This document shows, piece after piece, positions 36,375-48,513 of a DNA stretch of 64,000 nt. Under the pieces are notes generated by a model, which ran no database searches, was not told where the DNA came from, and worked only from the letters and a program-made list of their open reading frames with translations. Positions within the stretch are counted from its first letter, which is position 1, and each line of letters starts with the position of its first letter. Source of the DNA: Malacoraja senta (lineage: Eukaryota); the NCBI GenBank assembly GCA_038087875.1, contig JAXLNO010000252.1, forward strand, positions 248,001-312,000, written 5' to 3'. The position numbers and the translations under genes are program-made.

Positions 36375-37155
36375 TTGATTCTCAGTGGAATTGATTGTAG
36401 ACTTCAGGAGATCTCCCCCTCCCCTCCCCTCCCCTCACCCCACACAACTTCAACAACACCACTGTCACATCGGTGGAGTCTTTTAAGTTCCTGGGAACCA
36501 TCATCTCCAAGGACCTTAAGTGGGGGGCTACCATCGACTCCACAATCAAAAAGGCACAACAGAGGATGTACTTCCTGCGGCAGCTGAGTAAGCACAATCT
36601 TCCACGGGCAATGATGGTCCAATTCTACATGGCCATCGTAGAGTCTGTACTCACCTTCTCCATCATGGTCTGGTTTGGCTCAGCCACCAAGCACGACACC
36701 CGGAGGCTGCAGCGAATCGTCCGATCAGCAGAGAAGATTATTGGCTGCAACCTTCCCTCCATTGATGAACTGTACACGGCAAGGGCCAGGAAGCGAGCGG
36801 GCAAGATCATCTCTGACCCCTCTCACCCTGGCCACAAACTCTTTGAATCACTTCCCTCTGGAAGGTGACTCCTGACTGTCAAAGCTGCCACAGCCAGACA
36901 TAAAAACAGTTTTTATCCACGAGTAGTTGCTCTACTCAATAACCAAATATCTGTAGCCTCCGTTTGATCTGGTATTTTGTTGGTTCACATGCTTGATCAA
37001 TGGTGTTTTATCTTTAATGTTTTATTATTATTATTAATGTTTAGTGTTTTCTGAGTCATTCGTAACTGTCACTGTATGTCATGTTGTTACTTGTGGGCGG
37101 AGCACCAAGGCAAATTCCTTGTATGTGAATACTTGGCCAATAAACGTACTTACCT
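36375..37155 (+). mobile_element. Rex1/Babar-like LINE 3' fragment (RT C-terminal region + 3' UTR)
   Basis: ORF 36473-36868 ESFKFLGTIISKDLKW...KKAQQRMYFLRQL...FY.AIVESVLTFSIMVWFG...DPSHPGHKLF. Confidence 0.85.
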
Positions 37156-37164
37156 ACTTACTTG

Positions 37165-38120
37165 ACCTGTAGTCCTAGACTCTCCCACTAGTGGAAACAT
37201 CCTCTCCACATCCACTCTATCCAAGGCTTTCACTATTCTGTATATTTCCAATGAGCCCCCCACCCCCCTCATTCTTCTAAACTCCAGCGAGTACAGGCCC
37301 AGTGCCATCAAACGCTCATCATATGTTAACCCACGAATTCCTGGGATCATTCTTCTAAACCTCCTCTGGACATTCTCCAGAGCCACCACATCCTTCCTCA
37401 GATATGGGGCCCAAAACTGCTCACAATATTCCAAATGCAGCCTGACCAGCGCCTTATAGAGCCTCAGCATTACATCCCTGTTTTTGTAGACAAGCCCTCT
37501 TGAAATAAATGCTAGCATTGGGCTTGCTTTCGTTACTACTATGGAGATACAACTCTGCAACTGATCCCAGGGATGGTATCTGTTCCCCAACTGATCTCAC
37601 AAATGGACCTTGGACGCAAGATCTGGTGTCTCCCAGGGATGAGATCCATTTCCTTCGACAGATTCCAGGGATGGAGGTGCATGCCCCCCCTCCCCCCCAC
37701 CCGCTAATCCAACAAAGGATCCCAGATCCCAGGACCTGTTCTCTTCCACCGATCTCAGTGATGGGATCTATTCTCTTCCACTGATCCACCAAAAGGTCCC
37801 AGATGAGGAATAGATGCACAGAGTCTCTTGCCCAGAGTAGGGGAATCGAGGACCAGAGGACACACGTTTAAGGTGAAGGGGAAAAGATTTAATTGAAATC
37901 CGAGGGGTAACTTTTTCACACAGAGGGTGGTGGGTCAAGCTGCCAGAGGATGTAGTTGAGGCTGGGACTATCCCAACGTTTAAGAAACAGTTGGACCGGA
38001 ACATGGATAGGACAGGTTTGGAGGGATATGGACCAAGTGCAGGCAGGTGGGACTGGGGTAGCTGGGACATTGTTGGCCGGTGTGGGCAAGTTGGGCCGAA
38101 GGGCCTGTTTCCACACAGTA
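37165..38120. mobile_element. Two CR1 fragments (37165-37520 minus; 37810-38120 plus) around a GATCCC-rich stretch
   Basis: LYKALVRLHLEYCEQFWAPY motif; GGGCCGAAGGGCCTGTTTCC tail. Confidence 0.8.
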
Positions 38121-38899
38121 TCTATGACTTCCGCCGCTGGAAGTATAAGATTTTGGTGTGTGTGTGTGTGTGTGTGTGTGTGTTCATCATGCCTTACAAT
38201 GCTATCTATGTACAACAGTGATCGCAACAGTGTGGATGGCAGTTGGCTCGCTAGAAGTTCATCCGCCTTTTGACGGGTCATGTTTTTGGTCCTGCTGGGG
38301 CTCCATCGCCCCCTCGTCACCTGGCAGACCAGGTGGGGAAGACGGCTTAGTCGCCGACTATCCGACCATGGAGCAGATAGCACGGGATTACATGGTACCC
38401 GTGGTGGGGGGAACTCCCCCAGACTGGACCTGATCCCACGATCCATTTTCACCCACGGATCCCAGGGATAGGATCCTCTCTCCCATCAATCCCACAGTTC
38501 TGAATCCCACCAACTGTTCATACACCATTGACCCCAGGGATGAGGTTACGATCTCCAACTGATCCCGCAAAAGGTACTAGATCCCATCATCCGTTCTCTC
38601 CCACGGATCCCAGGGATGGTCCCCAATCCCATGATCTATTCTACCTCCACTGAATGATCCCAGCCATGGGATACTTACTCTCCCATCAATCCCACAGTTC
38701 CGGAACCCACACTCTCTTCATATCCTACTGATCCCAGGGAATGTGATCCATTCTCATCCCACTGATCCCATGAATACTCCCAGATCCCACGATCCATGCT
38801 ATCAGAATTGATCCCGGGATGGATTCCATCTCTCCCACAAATGGTCCAGGATTCCATGATTCATGATCCCTCTCTGATGCCACGGATGGAAATCCATTA

Positions 38900-39610
38900 G
38901 ACAATAGACAATAGACAATAGGTGCAGGAGTAGGCCATTCGGCCCTTCAAGCCAGCACCGCCATTCAATGTGATCATGGCTGATCATCCCCAATCAGTAC
39001 CCCGTTCCAGCCTTCTCCCCACATCCCCTGACTTCGCTATCTTTAAGAGCCCTAACTAGCTCTCTCTTGAGAGTATCCAGAGAACTGGCCTCCACCGCCC
39101 TCTGAGGCAGAGAATTCCACAGACTCACCACTCTCTGTGAGAAAAAGTGTTTCCTCATCTCCGTTCTAAATGGCTTAATCCTCATTCTTAAACTGTGTGG
39201 CCCCTGGTTCTAAACTCCCACAACATCGGGAACATGTTTCCTGCCTCTAGCATGTCCACCCCTTAATAATCTTATATGTTTCAATGAGAAATTCTCTCTC
39301 ATCCTTCTAAACTCCAAGCCCAACTGCTCCATTATATCAACATATGACGGTCCCGCCATCCAGGGAATTAACCTTATAAACCTACGCTGCACTCCCTCAA
39401 TAGCAAGAATGTCCTTCCTCAAATTTGGAGACCAAAACTGCACATAATACTCCAGGTGTGGTCTCACTAGGGCCCTGTACAACTGCAGAAGGACCTCTTT
39501 GCTCATATACTCAACTCCTCTTGTTATAAAGGCCAACTTGGCTTTCTTAACTGCCTGCTGTACCTGCATGCTTACTTTCATTGACTGATGAACATGGACC
39601 CCCAGATCCC
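38900..39610 (-). mobile_element. CR1 3' fragment
   Basis: ORF 39210-39581 KVSMQVQQAVKKA...RPHLEYYVQFWSP; (AGACAAT)n tail. Confidence 0.92.
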
Positions 39611-39614
39611 GGTG

Positions 39615-39803
39615 TCTCTCTCTCTGTCTCTCACTCTGTCTCTCTCTCTGTCTCTCTGTCTCCCTCTCTGTCTCCCTCTCCCTCTCCGCCTCCCTCTCCC
39701 TCTCCCTCTCCCTTTCCCTCTGTCACACACACACTCCCTCTCACACACTTAAACAGAAGGTGTCTGTCTATCTGTCACACACAGCCTCACACACGCACAC
39801 ACA

Positions 39804-39859
<56 letters not shown>

Positions 39860-39863
39860 CACA

Positions 39864-39908
<45 letters not shown>

Positions 39909-39959
39909 ACACACGCACGCACGCACACACACAGCCTCACACACACACACAGACACAGG

Positions 39960-39990
<31 letters not shown>

Positions 39991-40075
39991 ACAGCCTCAC
40001 ACACACAGACACAGCCTCACACGCACACACACACACAGCATCACACACACACACACACACACACAGACACAGCCT

Positions 40076-40106
<31 letters not shown>

Positions 40107-40281
40107 ACACACACACACACACACCCAGACACACACACACTTAGACACACACATACACACACAGAATCACACACACACACACACATAGACACACACAGAT
40201 ACACACACACGCACACACACACACACACACACACAACTAACACACACACACACACAGACAACTAACACACACACACATACA

Positions 40282-40345
<64 letters not shown>
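39615..40345. repeat. (CT)n and (CA)n compound microsatellite
   Basis: Direct reading. Confidence 0.97.
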
Positions 40346-40348
<3 letters not shown>

Positions 40349-40363
40349 GGCGCGGGGTCTCAC

Positions 40364-40475
40364 CTGGCCGGTTCTTCTTGTTGAAGTACTCCCGCAGGCG
40401 ATTGATGGCCCTGTACCTCCTCTCCGCCGGTAATACCTGCGTCCCGACCCAGTGGCTGGGCTCGTAGGCGCGGCT
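40364..40475 (-). CDS. Exon of a SOUL/heme-binding protein family gene (N-terminal part)
   Basis: gttacag|AGCCGC...GCCAG|gtgaga, 112 nt, phase 0->1. Encodes SRAYEPSHWVGTQVLPAERRYRAINRLREYFNKKNRP, matching SOUL R.Y....WV.T.V.......F.RL..Y..G.N. Confidence 0.72.
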
Positions 40476-41049
40476 CTGTAACACAGGGCGGGCACGGGGG
40501 GGTGAGGGGCGGCTCTCTAACACATGGCGGGGGACAGGGACTGGGGCTGGGGTCTCGGCCTCCCAGCACGGGCAGAGGGTCCCACCCAGAACACAGGGGA
40601 GAGGGGGTCCCAAACAGAATAGGGGGGGGATGTCCGCGCACAGCTGGGAGGTGGATGAAGGAACAGTTGGGCACAGCTGGCAGCTGGAAGAAGAAACAGC
40701 TGGCGGCTGGATGCCGGTACCACTGTATCAACTGGAAGACAATGATACACAAATCTGGGAGGCAAGGAAAGGCACACCTGGCCACAGGTGACAGGTGGAT
40801 GTGGACAGGGCCAGACACACACAATCGCAGAGTGACACGGCGCAGAAACAGGCCATTCGGCCCAACTCGTCCATGCGAATCAACATGTCCCAGCTGCACT
40901 AGTCCCACCTGCTCACGTTTGGCCTATATCCCTCTAAACCTGTCCTGTCCATGTACCTGTCCAAATGTCTTTAATTTGTGAAGGGGAGGAAGATACAGCT
41001 GGACACATCTGGGATGAGTGCACAGCTGGAGAGCAGAGGGAACAGCTGG

Positions 41050-42752
41050 ATCACAATACAATACCATTAGTTTCAATATAATTATGGAGAGGGTCAGAAC
41101 TGGACCTAGGGTTGAGATTTTTGATTGGAGAAAGGCTAACTTTGAGGAGATGCGAAAGGATTTAAAAGGAGTGAATTGGGACATGTTGTTTTATGGGAAG
41201 GATGTAGAAGAGAAATGGAGGACATTTAAGGGTGAAATTTTAAGAGTACAGAATCTTTATGTCCCTGTTCGGTTGAAAGAAAATAGTAAAAATTGGAAAG
41301 AGCCATGGTTTTCAAGGAAATTGGACACTTGTTTTGGAAAAAGAGAGAGCTCTACAATAATTATAGGCAGCATGGAATAAATGAGGTGCTTGAGGAGTAT
41401 ATAGAATGTAAAAGAATATTAAGAAAGAAATTAGAAAAGCTAAAAGAAGATATGAAGTTGCTTTGGCAAGTAAGGTGAAAGTAAATCCAAAGGGTTTCTA
41501 CAGCTATATTAATAGCAAAAGGATAACAAGGAATAACATTGGTCCATTAGAGAGTCAGAGTGGACAGATATCTGCAGAGCCAAAAGAGATGGGGGAGATA
41601 TTGAACAATTTCTTTTCTTCGGTATTCACCAAGGAGAAGGATATGGAATTATGTGAGGTAAGGGAAACAAGCAGAGTAGCAATGGAAACTATGAAATTCA
41701 AAGAAGAGGAGGTGCGGACACTTTTGGAAAAATATGAAAACGGATAAGTCTCCTGGTCCTGACAGGATATTCCCGAGGACATTGAGGGAAGTTAGTGCAG
41801 AAATAGCAGGGGCTATGACAGAAATATTTCAAATGTCATTAGAAACGGGAATAGTGCCGGAGGATTGGCATACTACGCATGTTGTTCCGTTGTTTAAAAA
41901 GGGTTCTAAGAGTAAACCTAGCAATTATAGACCTGTTAGTTTGACGTCAGTTGTGGGCAAATTAATGGAAAGGATACTTAGAGATAATATATATAAGCAT
42001 CTGGATAAGCAGGGTCTGATTAGGAACAGTCAACATGGATTTGTGCCTGGAAGGTCATGTTTGACTAATCTTCTAGAATTTTTCGAAGAGGTTACTAGGG
42101 AAATTGATGAGGGTAAAGCAGTGGATGTTGTCGATATGGACTTCAGTAAGGCCTTTGACAAGGTTCCTCATGGAAGGTTGGTTAAGAATATTAAATTGTT
42201 GGGTATTAATGGTGGAGTAGCAAGATGGATTCAACAGTGGCTGAATGGGAGATGCCAGAGAGTAATGGTGGATGGCTGTTTGTCAGGTTGGAGGCTGGTG
42301 ACTAGTGGGGTGCCTCAGGGGTCTGTGTTGGGTCCACTGTTGTTTGTCATGTACATCAATGATTTGGATGGTGGTGTGGAAAATTGGATTAGTAAGTATG
42401 CAGATGATACTAAGATAGGTGGTGTGGTGGATAATGAAGTTGTTTTCAAAGTCTACAGAGAGATTTAGGCCATTTGGAAGAGTGGGCTGATAGATGGCAG
42501 ATGGAGTTTAATGCTGATAAATGTGAGGTACTACATCTCGGCAGGACAAATCAAAATAGGACGTACATGGTAAATGGTAGAGAATTGAGGAATGCAGTTG
42601 AACAGAGGGATCTAGGAATAACTGTACATAGTTCCCTGAAGGTGGAATCTCATGTAGATAGGGTGGTAAAGAAAGCTTTTGGTGTGCTGGCCTTTATAAA
42701 TCAGAGCATTGAATATAGAAGTTGGGATGTAATGTTAAAATTGTACAAGGCA
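41050..42752 (+). mobile_element. CR1 LINE ORF2 (RT domain), frameshifted, cut by the gap
   Basis: [40 protein letters not shown] and YADD motifs in ORF 41734-42468. Confidence 0.96.
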
Positions 42753-42952
42753 NNNNNNNNNNNNNNNNNNNNNNNNNNNNNNNNNNNNNNNNNNNNNNNN
42801 NNNNNNNNNNNNNNNNNNNNNNNNNNNNNNNNNNNNNNNNNNNNNNNNNNNNNNNNNNNNNNNNNNNNNNNNNNNNNNNNNNNNNNNNNNNNNNNNNNNN
42901 NNNNNNNNNNNNNNNNNNNNNNNNNNNNNNNNNNNNNNNNNNNNNNNNNNNN
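42753..42952. other. Assembly gap (200 N)
   Basis: Run of N. Confidence 1.
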
Positions 42953-43127
42953 TGCTGGACTTACCTTCGTGGAGGAGTCCAGGGACAAGGGCAAATCCCC
43001 AGGCTCGGTGGACCAGACGGAGGCCGTCCTGGTGATCCGGACTCTCAACTCCCCTGAGGAAGGGCAGCGACCTCTGACCTCACCCTGCCCCCCCACCTCA
43101 ACCCTGGCATGGTCCTCGATGTCTTTG
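42953..43127 (+). pseudogene. TAPBP: Tapasin copy B exon 2 (5' end in gap)
   Basis: TFVEESRDKGKSPGSVDQTEAVLVIRTLNSPEEG; GACTTACC vs GACTGTACC and AAGGGC vs AAGGGGC in copy A; donor TTTG|gtcagt. Confidence 0.85.
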
Positions 43128-43344
43128 GTCAGTTTGTTATCCATCTATTATTGTTTGTCAGTGTTATAGACACTACATGATCAGCCATGATCACATTGAA
43201 TGGCGGTGCTGGCTCGAAGGGCCGAATGGCCTACTCCTGCACCTATTGTCTAATTTAATGTTATGTTGTGTCTTTTGTAAAAAAATATTTTCTAACATGT
43301 AAATATTGAGTCTGTTCTATAGTTTTGCACAATCCACAGGCAAT

Positions 43345-44900
43345 AGACAATAGACAATAGGTGCAGCAGTAGGCCATTCGGCCCTTTGAGCCATTCAATG
43401 TGATCATGGCTGATCATCCCCAATCAGTACCCCGTTCCTGCCTTCTCCCCATATCCTCTGACTCCGCTATCTTTAAGAGCCCTATCTAACTCTCTCCAGA
43501 GAACCGGCCTCCACCACCCTCTGAGGCAGAGTATTCCACAGACCCACAACTCTGGGTGAAAAAGTGTTTCCTCATCTCCGTTCTAAATGGTTTACCCCTT
43601 ATTCCTAAACTGTGTGTGGCCCCTGGTTCTGGACTCCCCCAACATCGGGAACATGTTTCCTGCCTCTAGCGTGTCCAAACCTTTAATAATCTTATATGTT
43701 TCAATAAGATCCCCTCTCATGCTTCTGAAGTCCAGAGTGTACAAGCCCAGCCGCTCCATTCTCTCAGCATATGACAGTCCCGCCATCCCTGAATGTTATA
43801 GACAATAGGTGCAGGAGTAGGCCATTCGGCCCTTCGAGCCAGCACCGCCATTCACCTGTGATCATGGCTGATCATCCCCAATCAGTACCCCGTTCCTGCC
43901 TTCTAAATATCCCCTGACTCCGCTACCTTTAAGAGCCCTATCCAGAGTTTTGTGTGTACGTATGTGTGCGTGTATGTAGATATATATACAGTATAATGGA
44001 TCTTTCTGTAATTACAAAACTCGGTAATGCAACTGAAGGTCTCCAAAAATGTCCAGGTTATTTTTACTGTTTTATACATAACATTCCCACAGTTTCAGTG
44101 TCCTGTATTTTTAGCTGTATACATCATGGTATTATGGTCAAATATGTGTCGATTTGGATCACAAATTAGGTAAAAGGATCATATGACAGCCCATTTTCAA
44201 TGCCGTGATTACATTATGAATTAATAACTTTCAAATTTGGCCACCATGTCACAGGTTGGAACCCTTGTTCATGGAAACACCCATATATATATATATAAAT
44301 GGTTGAAGAAGGGTCTCGACCCGAAAGTAAGCATGCAGGTACAGCAGGCAGTGAAGAAAGCCAATGGCATGTTGGCCTTCATAACAAGAGGAGTTGAGTA
44401 CAGGAGCAAAGAGGTCCTTCTGCAGTTGTACAGGGCCCTAGTGAGACCACACCTGGAGTATTGTGTGCAGTTTTGGTCCCCTAATTTGAGGAAGGACATT
44501 TTTGATATTGAGGAGTGCAGCGTAGGTTTACAAGGTTAATTCCCGGGATGGCGGGACTGTCATGTGCTGAGAGAATGGAGCGGCTGGGCTTGTACACTCT
44601 GGAGTTTAGAAGGATGAGAGAGGTTCTCATTGAAACATATAAGATTGTTAAGGGCTTGGACAGGCTAGAGGCAGGAAACATGTGCCCGATGTTGGGGGAA
44701 TCCAGAGCCAGGGTCCACAGTTTAAGAATAAGGGGTAAGCCATTTAGAACGGAGATGAGGAAACACTTTTTCTCACAGAGAGTGGTGAGTCTGTGGAATT
44801 CTCTGCCTCAGAGGGCGGTGGAGGCAGGTTCTCTGGATGCTTTCAAGAGAGAGCTAAATAGGGCTCTTAAAAATAGCAGAGCCAGGGGATATGGGGAGAA
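43345..44900. mobile_element. CR1 3' fragments (43345-43940 minus; 44325-44900 plus)
   Basis: ORFs 43592-, 44237+ and 44515+ carry CR1 motifs. Confidence 0.88.
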
Positions 44901-47787
44901 ACATAGATACATAGAAAATAGGTGCAGGAGTAGGCCATTCGGCCCTTCGAGCCTGCACCGCCATTCAATATGATCATGGCTGATCATCCAACTCAGTATC
45001 CTGTACCTGCCCTTCTCTCCATACCCCCTGATCCCTTTAGCCACAAGGGCCACATCTAACTCGCTCTTAAATATAGCCAATGAACTGGCCTCAACTACCT
45101 TCTGTGGCAGAGAATTCCAGAGATTCACCACTCTCTGTGTAAAAATGTTTTTCTCATCTCGGTCCTAAAAGACTTCCCCCTTATCCATTAAACTGTGACC
45201 CCTTGTCCTGGACTTCCCCAACATCGGGAACAATCTTCCTGCATCTAGCCTGTCCAATCCCTTAAGAATTTTGTAAGTTTCTATTAGATCCCCCCTCAAT
45301 CTTCTAAATTCTAGCGAGTACAAGCCAAGTCTATCCAGTCTTTCTTCATATGAAAGTCCTGCCATCCCAGGAATCAGTCTGGTGAATCTTCTCTGTACTC
45401 CCTCTATGGCAAGAATGTCTTTCCTCAGATTAGGAGACCAAAACTGTACGCAATACTCCAGGTGTGGTCTCACCAAGACCCTGTACAACTGCAGTAGAAC
45501 CTCCCTGCTCCTATACTCAAATACATTTGCTATGAATGCTAACATACCATTCGCTTTCTTCACTGCCTGCTGCACCTGCATGCCTACTTTCAATGACTGG
45601 TGTACCATGACACCCAGGTCTCGTTGCATCTCCCCTTTTCCTAATCGGCCACCATTCAGATAATAGTCTACTCTCCTGTTTTTGCCACCAAAGTGGATAA
45701 CCTCACATTAATCCTCATTATACTGCATCTGCCATGCATTTGCCCACTCACCCAGCTTATCCGTTACCTTGCAGCCTCCTAGCATCCTCCTCACAGCTAA
45801 CACTGCCCCCAGCTTTGTGTCATCCGCAAACTTGGAGATGTTGCATTCAATTCCCTCGTCCAAATCATTAATATATATTGTAAATAGCTGGGGTCCCAGC
45901 ACTGAGCCTTGCGGTACCCCACTAGTCACTGCCTGCCATTGTGAAAAGGACCCGTTTACTCCTACTCTTTGCTTCCTGTCTGCCAGCCAGTTCTCTATCC
46001 ACATCAATACTGAACCCCCAATACCGTGTGCTTTAAGTTTGTATACTAATCTCTTATGTGGGACCTTGTCGAAAGCCTTCTGAAAGTCCAGATACAACAC
46101 ATCCACTGGTTCTCCCATATCCACTCTACTAGTTACATCTTCGAAAAATTCTATAAGATTCGTCAGACATGATTTACCTTTCATAAATCCATGCTGACTT
46201 TGTCCAATGATTTCACCACTTTCCAAATGTGCTGCTATCCCATGTTTAATAACTGACTCTAGCAGTTTCCCCACTACCGATGTTAGACTAACTGGTCTGT
46301 AATTCCCCATTTTCTCTCTCCCTCCCTTCTTAAAAAGTGGGGTTACGTTTGCTACCCTCCAATCCTCAGGAACTACTCCAGAATCTAAAGAGTTTTGAAA
46401 GATTATTACTAATGCATCCACTATTTCTGGAGCTACTTCCTTAAGTAATCTGGGATGCAGCCTATCTGGCCCTGGGGATTTATCGGCCTTTAATCCATTC
46501 AATTTACCCAACACCACTTCCCGACTAACCTGGATTTCACCCAATTCCTCCAACTCCTTTGACCCGCGGTCCCCTGCTATTTCCAGCAGATTATTTATGT
46601 CTTCCTTAGTGAAGACGGAACCAAAGTAGTTATTCAATTGGTCCGCCATATCCTTGTTCCCCATGATCAACTCACCTGTTTCTGTCTGCAAGGGACCCAC
46701 ATTTGTTTTAACTAATCTCTTTCTTTTCACATATCTATAAAAACTTTTGCAGTCAGTTTTTATGTTCCCTGCCAGTTTTCTTTCATAATCTATTTTTCCT
46801 TTCCTAATTAAGCCCTTTGTCCTCCTCTGCAGGTCTCTGAATTTCTCCCAGTCCTCTGGTATGCTGCTTTTTCTGGCTAATTTGTACGCATCACCGCTTT
46901 GCTTTGATACCATCCCTGATTTCCCTTGTTATCCACGGATGCACTACCTTCCCTGATTTATTCTTTTGCCAAACTGGGATGAACAATTTTTGTAGTACAT
47001 CCATGCAATCTTTAAATGTCTTCCATTGCATGTCCACCATCAACCCTTTTAGAATTAATTGCCAGTCAATCTTGGCCAATTCACGTCTCATACCCTCAAA
47101 GTTACCTTTCTTTAAGTTCAGAACCATTGTTTCTGAATTAACAATGTCACTCTCCATCCTAATGAAGAACTCAACCATATATGGTCACTCTTGCCCAAGG
47201 GGCCACGCACAACAAGACTACTAACTAACCCTTCCTCATTACTCAATACCCAGTCTAGAATAGCCTGCTCTCTCGTTGGTTCCTCTACATGTTGGTTTAG
47301 AAAACTATCCCGCATACATCCCAAGAAATCCTCTTCCTCAGCACCCCTGCCAATTTGATTCACCCAATCTATATGTAGATTGAAGTCACCCATTATAACT
47401 GTTTTGCCTTTGTTGCACGCATTTCTAATTTCCTGTTTGATACCATCTCCAACTTCACTACTACTGTTAGGTGGCCTGTACACAACACCCACCAGCGTTT
47501 TCTGCCCCTTAGTGTTTCGCAGCTCTACCCATACCGATTCCACATCCTCCAAGCTAATGTCCTTCCTTTCCATTGCGTTAATCTCCTCTCTAATCAGCAA
47601 CGCTACCCCACCTCCTTTTCCTTTCTCTCTATCCCTCCTGAATATTGAATATCCCTGGATGTTCAGATCCCAGCCTTGGTCACCCTGGAGCCATGTCTCC
47701 GTGATCCCTACTATATCATAGTCATTAATAGCTATCTGCTACGTTCAACTCATCCACCTTATTACGAATGCTCCTTGCATTGAGACA
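44900..47787 (-). mobile_element. Near-complete CR1 ORF2 (APE endonuclease + RT + 3' UTR), frameshifted, in copy B intron 2
   Basis: EN motifs VGVVYRPP, MGDFN, LDWVL, SDH (47118-47600); RT motifs [14 protein letters not shown] (45708-46913); C-terminus 45165-45629; (CTATG)-type tail near 44900. Confidence 0.96.
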
Positions 47788-48179
47788 TGCCCTTGGCTTT
47801 CTTCACTGCCTGCTGTACCTGCATGCTTACTTTCATAGACTGATGTACAATGACCACCAGATCTTGTTGTACTTCCCCTTTTCCCAACTTGATGCCATTT
47901 AGATAGTAATCTGCCTTCCCAACTTGACTTGATGGGCCGAATGGCCTAATTCTGCTCCTGGAACATGAACTTACGAACTCCAGTTTTGATCAGAATAAGC
48001 TGTAGTAACTCAGCAGGGCAGGGATGTGTGTGTTTATATATTGTGTCCAAGCCCTTACCAATCTTATATGTGTCAATGAGGCATTGCCCCTTACATTTCA
48101 CTGTACATCTTGTATATTATATGTGACTACTAATGTAGACTTGACTAAACTTGTTTGTTCCTCTGCTGCTGCTGAACAG

Positions 48180-48513
48180 ATGCCTCTGGAGTTCTGGCGT
48201 ACGAGGGCTTTGTTCGTCCCCCGGGGTCGAGGGAGAAGCTGTTGTGTGAGCTCAACTGTTACCTGCCCCAGGAGGGGGGGGTGAGGTGGGCATCGGAGCT
48301 GGCACCGGACCACCGGACCCCAGCCTACCGTGCCCACCACTGGCTCAGCCTCCCACGTCGAGGCTTCCGACGGGTCGCTCAGCGTGGCCAGCCTGCACCG
48401 GGTGGTCTCCGCACCCCCAGTGGAGGGTGGGGGGGACACGAGGAGAGGGGGGCAACGAAGGGGGGACAACGGGGCGGTCCAGGAGGAGCGGCCCACCCCC
48501 CACCGAACCTCAG
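48180..48513 (+). pseudogene. TAPBP: Tapasin copy B exon 3 (GAG where copy A has TAG; net +1 frameshift)
   Basis: gaacag|ATGCC...CTCAG|gtacag, 334 nt. Encodes DASGVLAYEGFVRPPGSREKLLCELNCYLPQEGGVRWASELAPDHRTPAYRAHHWLS, then CAGCCTCCC vs CAGCTCCC. Confidence 0.87.

Noticed and set aside
38255..38345. Collagen-like PGLPGDEGAM on the minus strand
   Set aside because: Only three Gly-X-Y triplets, an upstream in-frame stop and no good acceptor.
40640..41050. Cluster of CAGCTG E-boxes as an enhancer
   Set aside because: Looks like a degenerate short repeat (ACAGCTGG) interrupted by a TE fragment; no independent support.
41734..42468. Reverse transcriptase as part of a novel host system
   Set aside because: Standard frameshifted CR1 ORF2 with many related fragments throughout the window.
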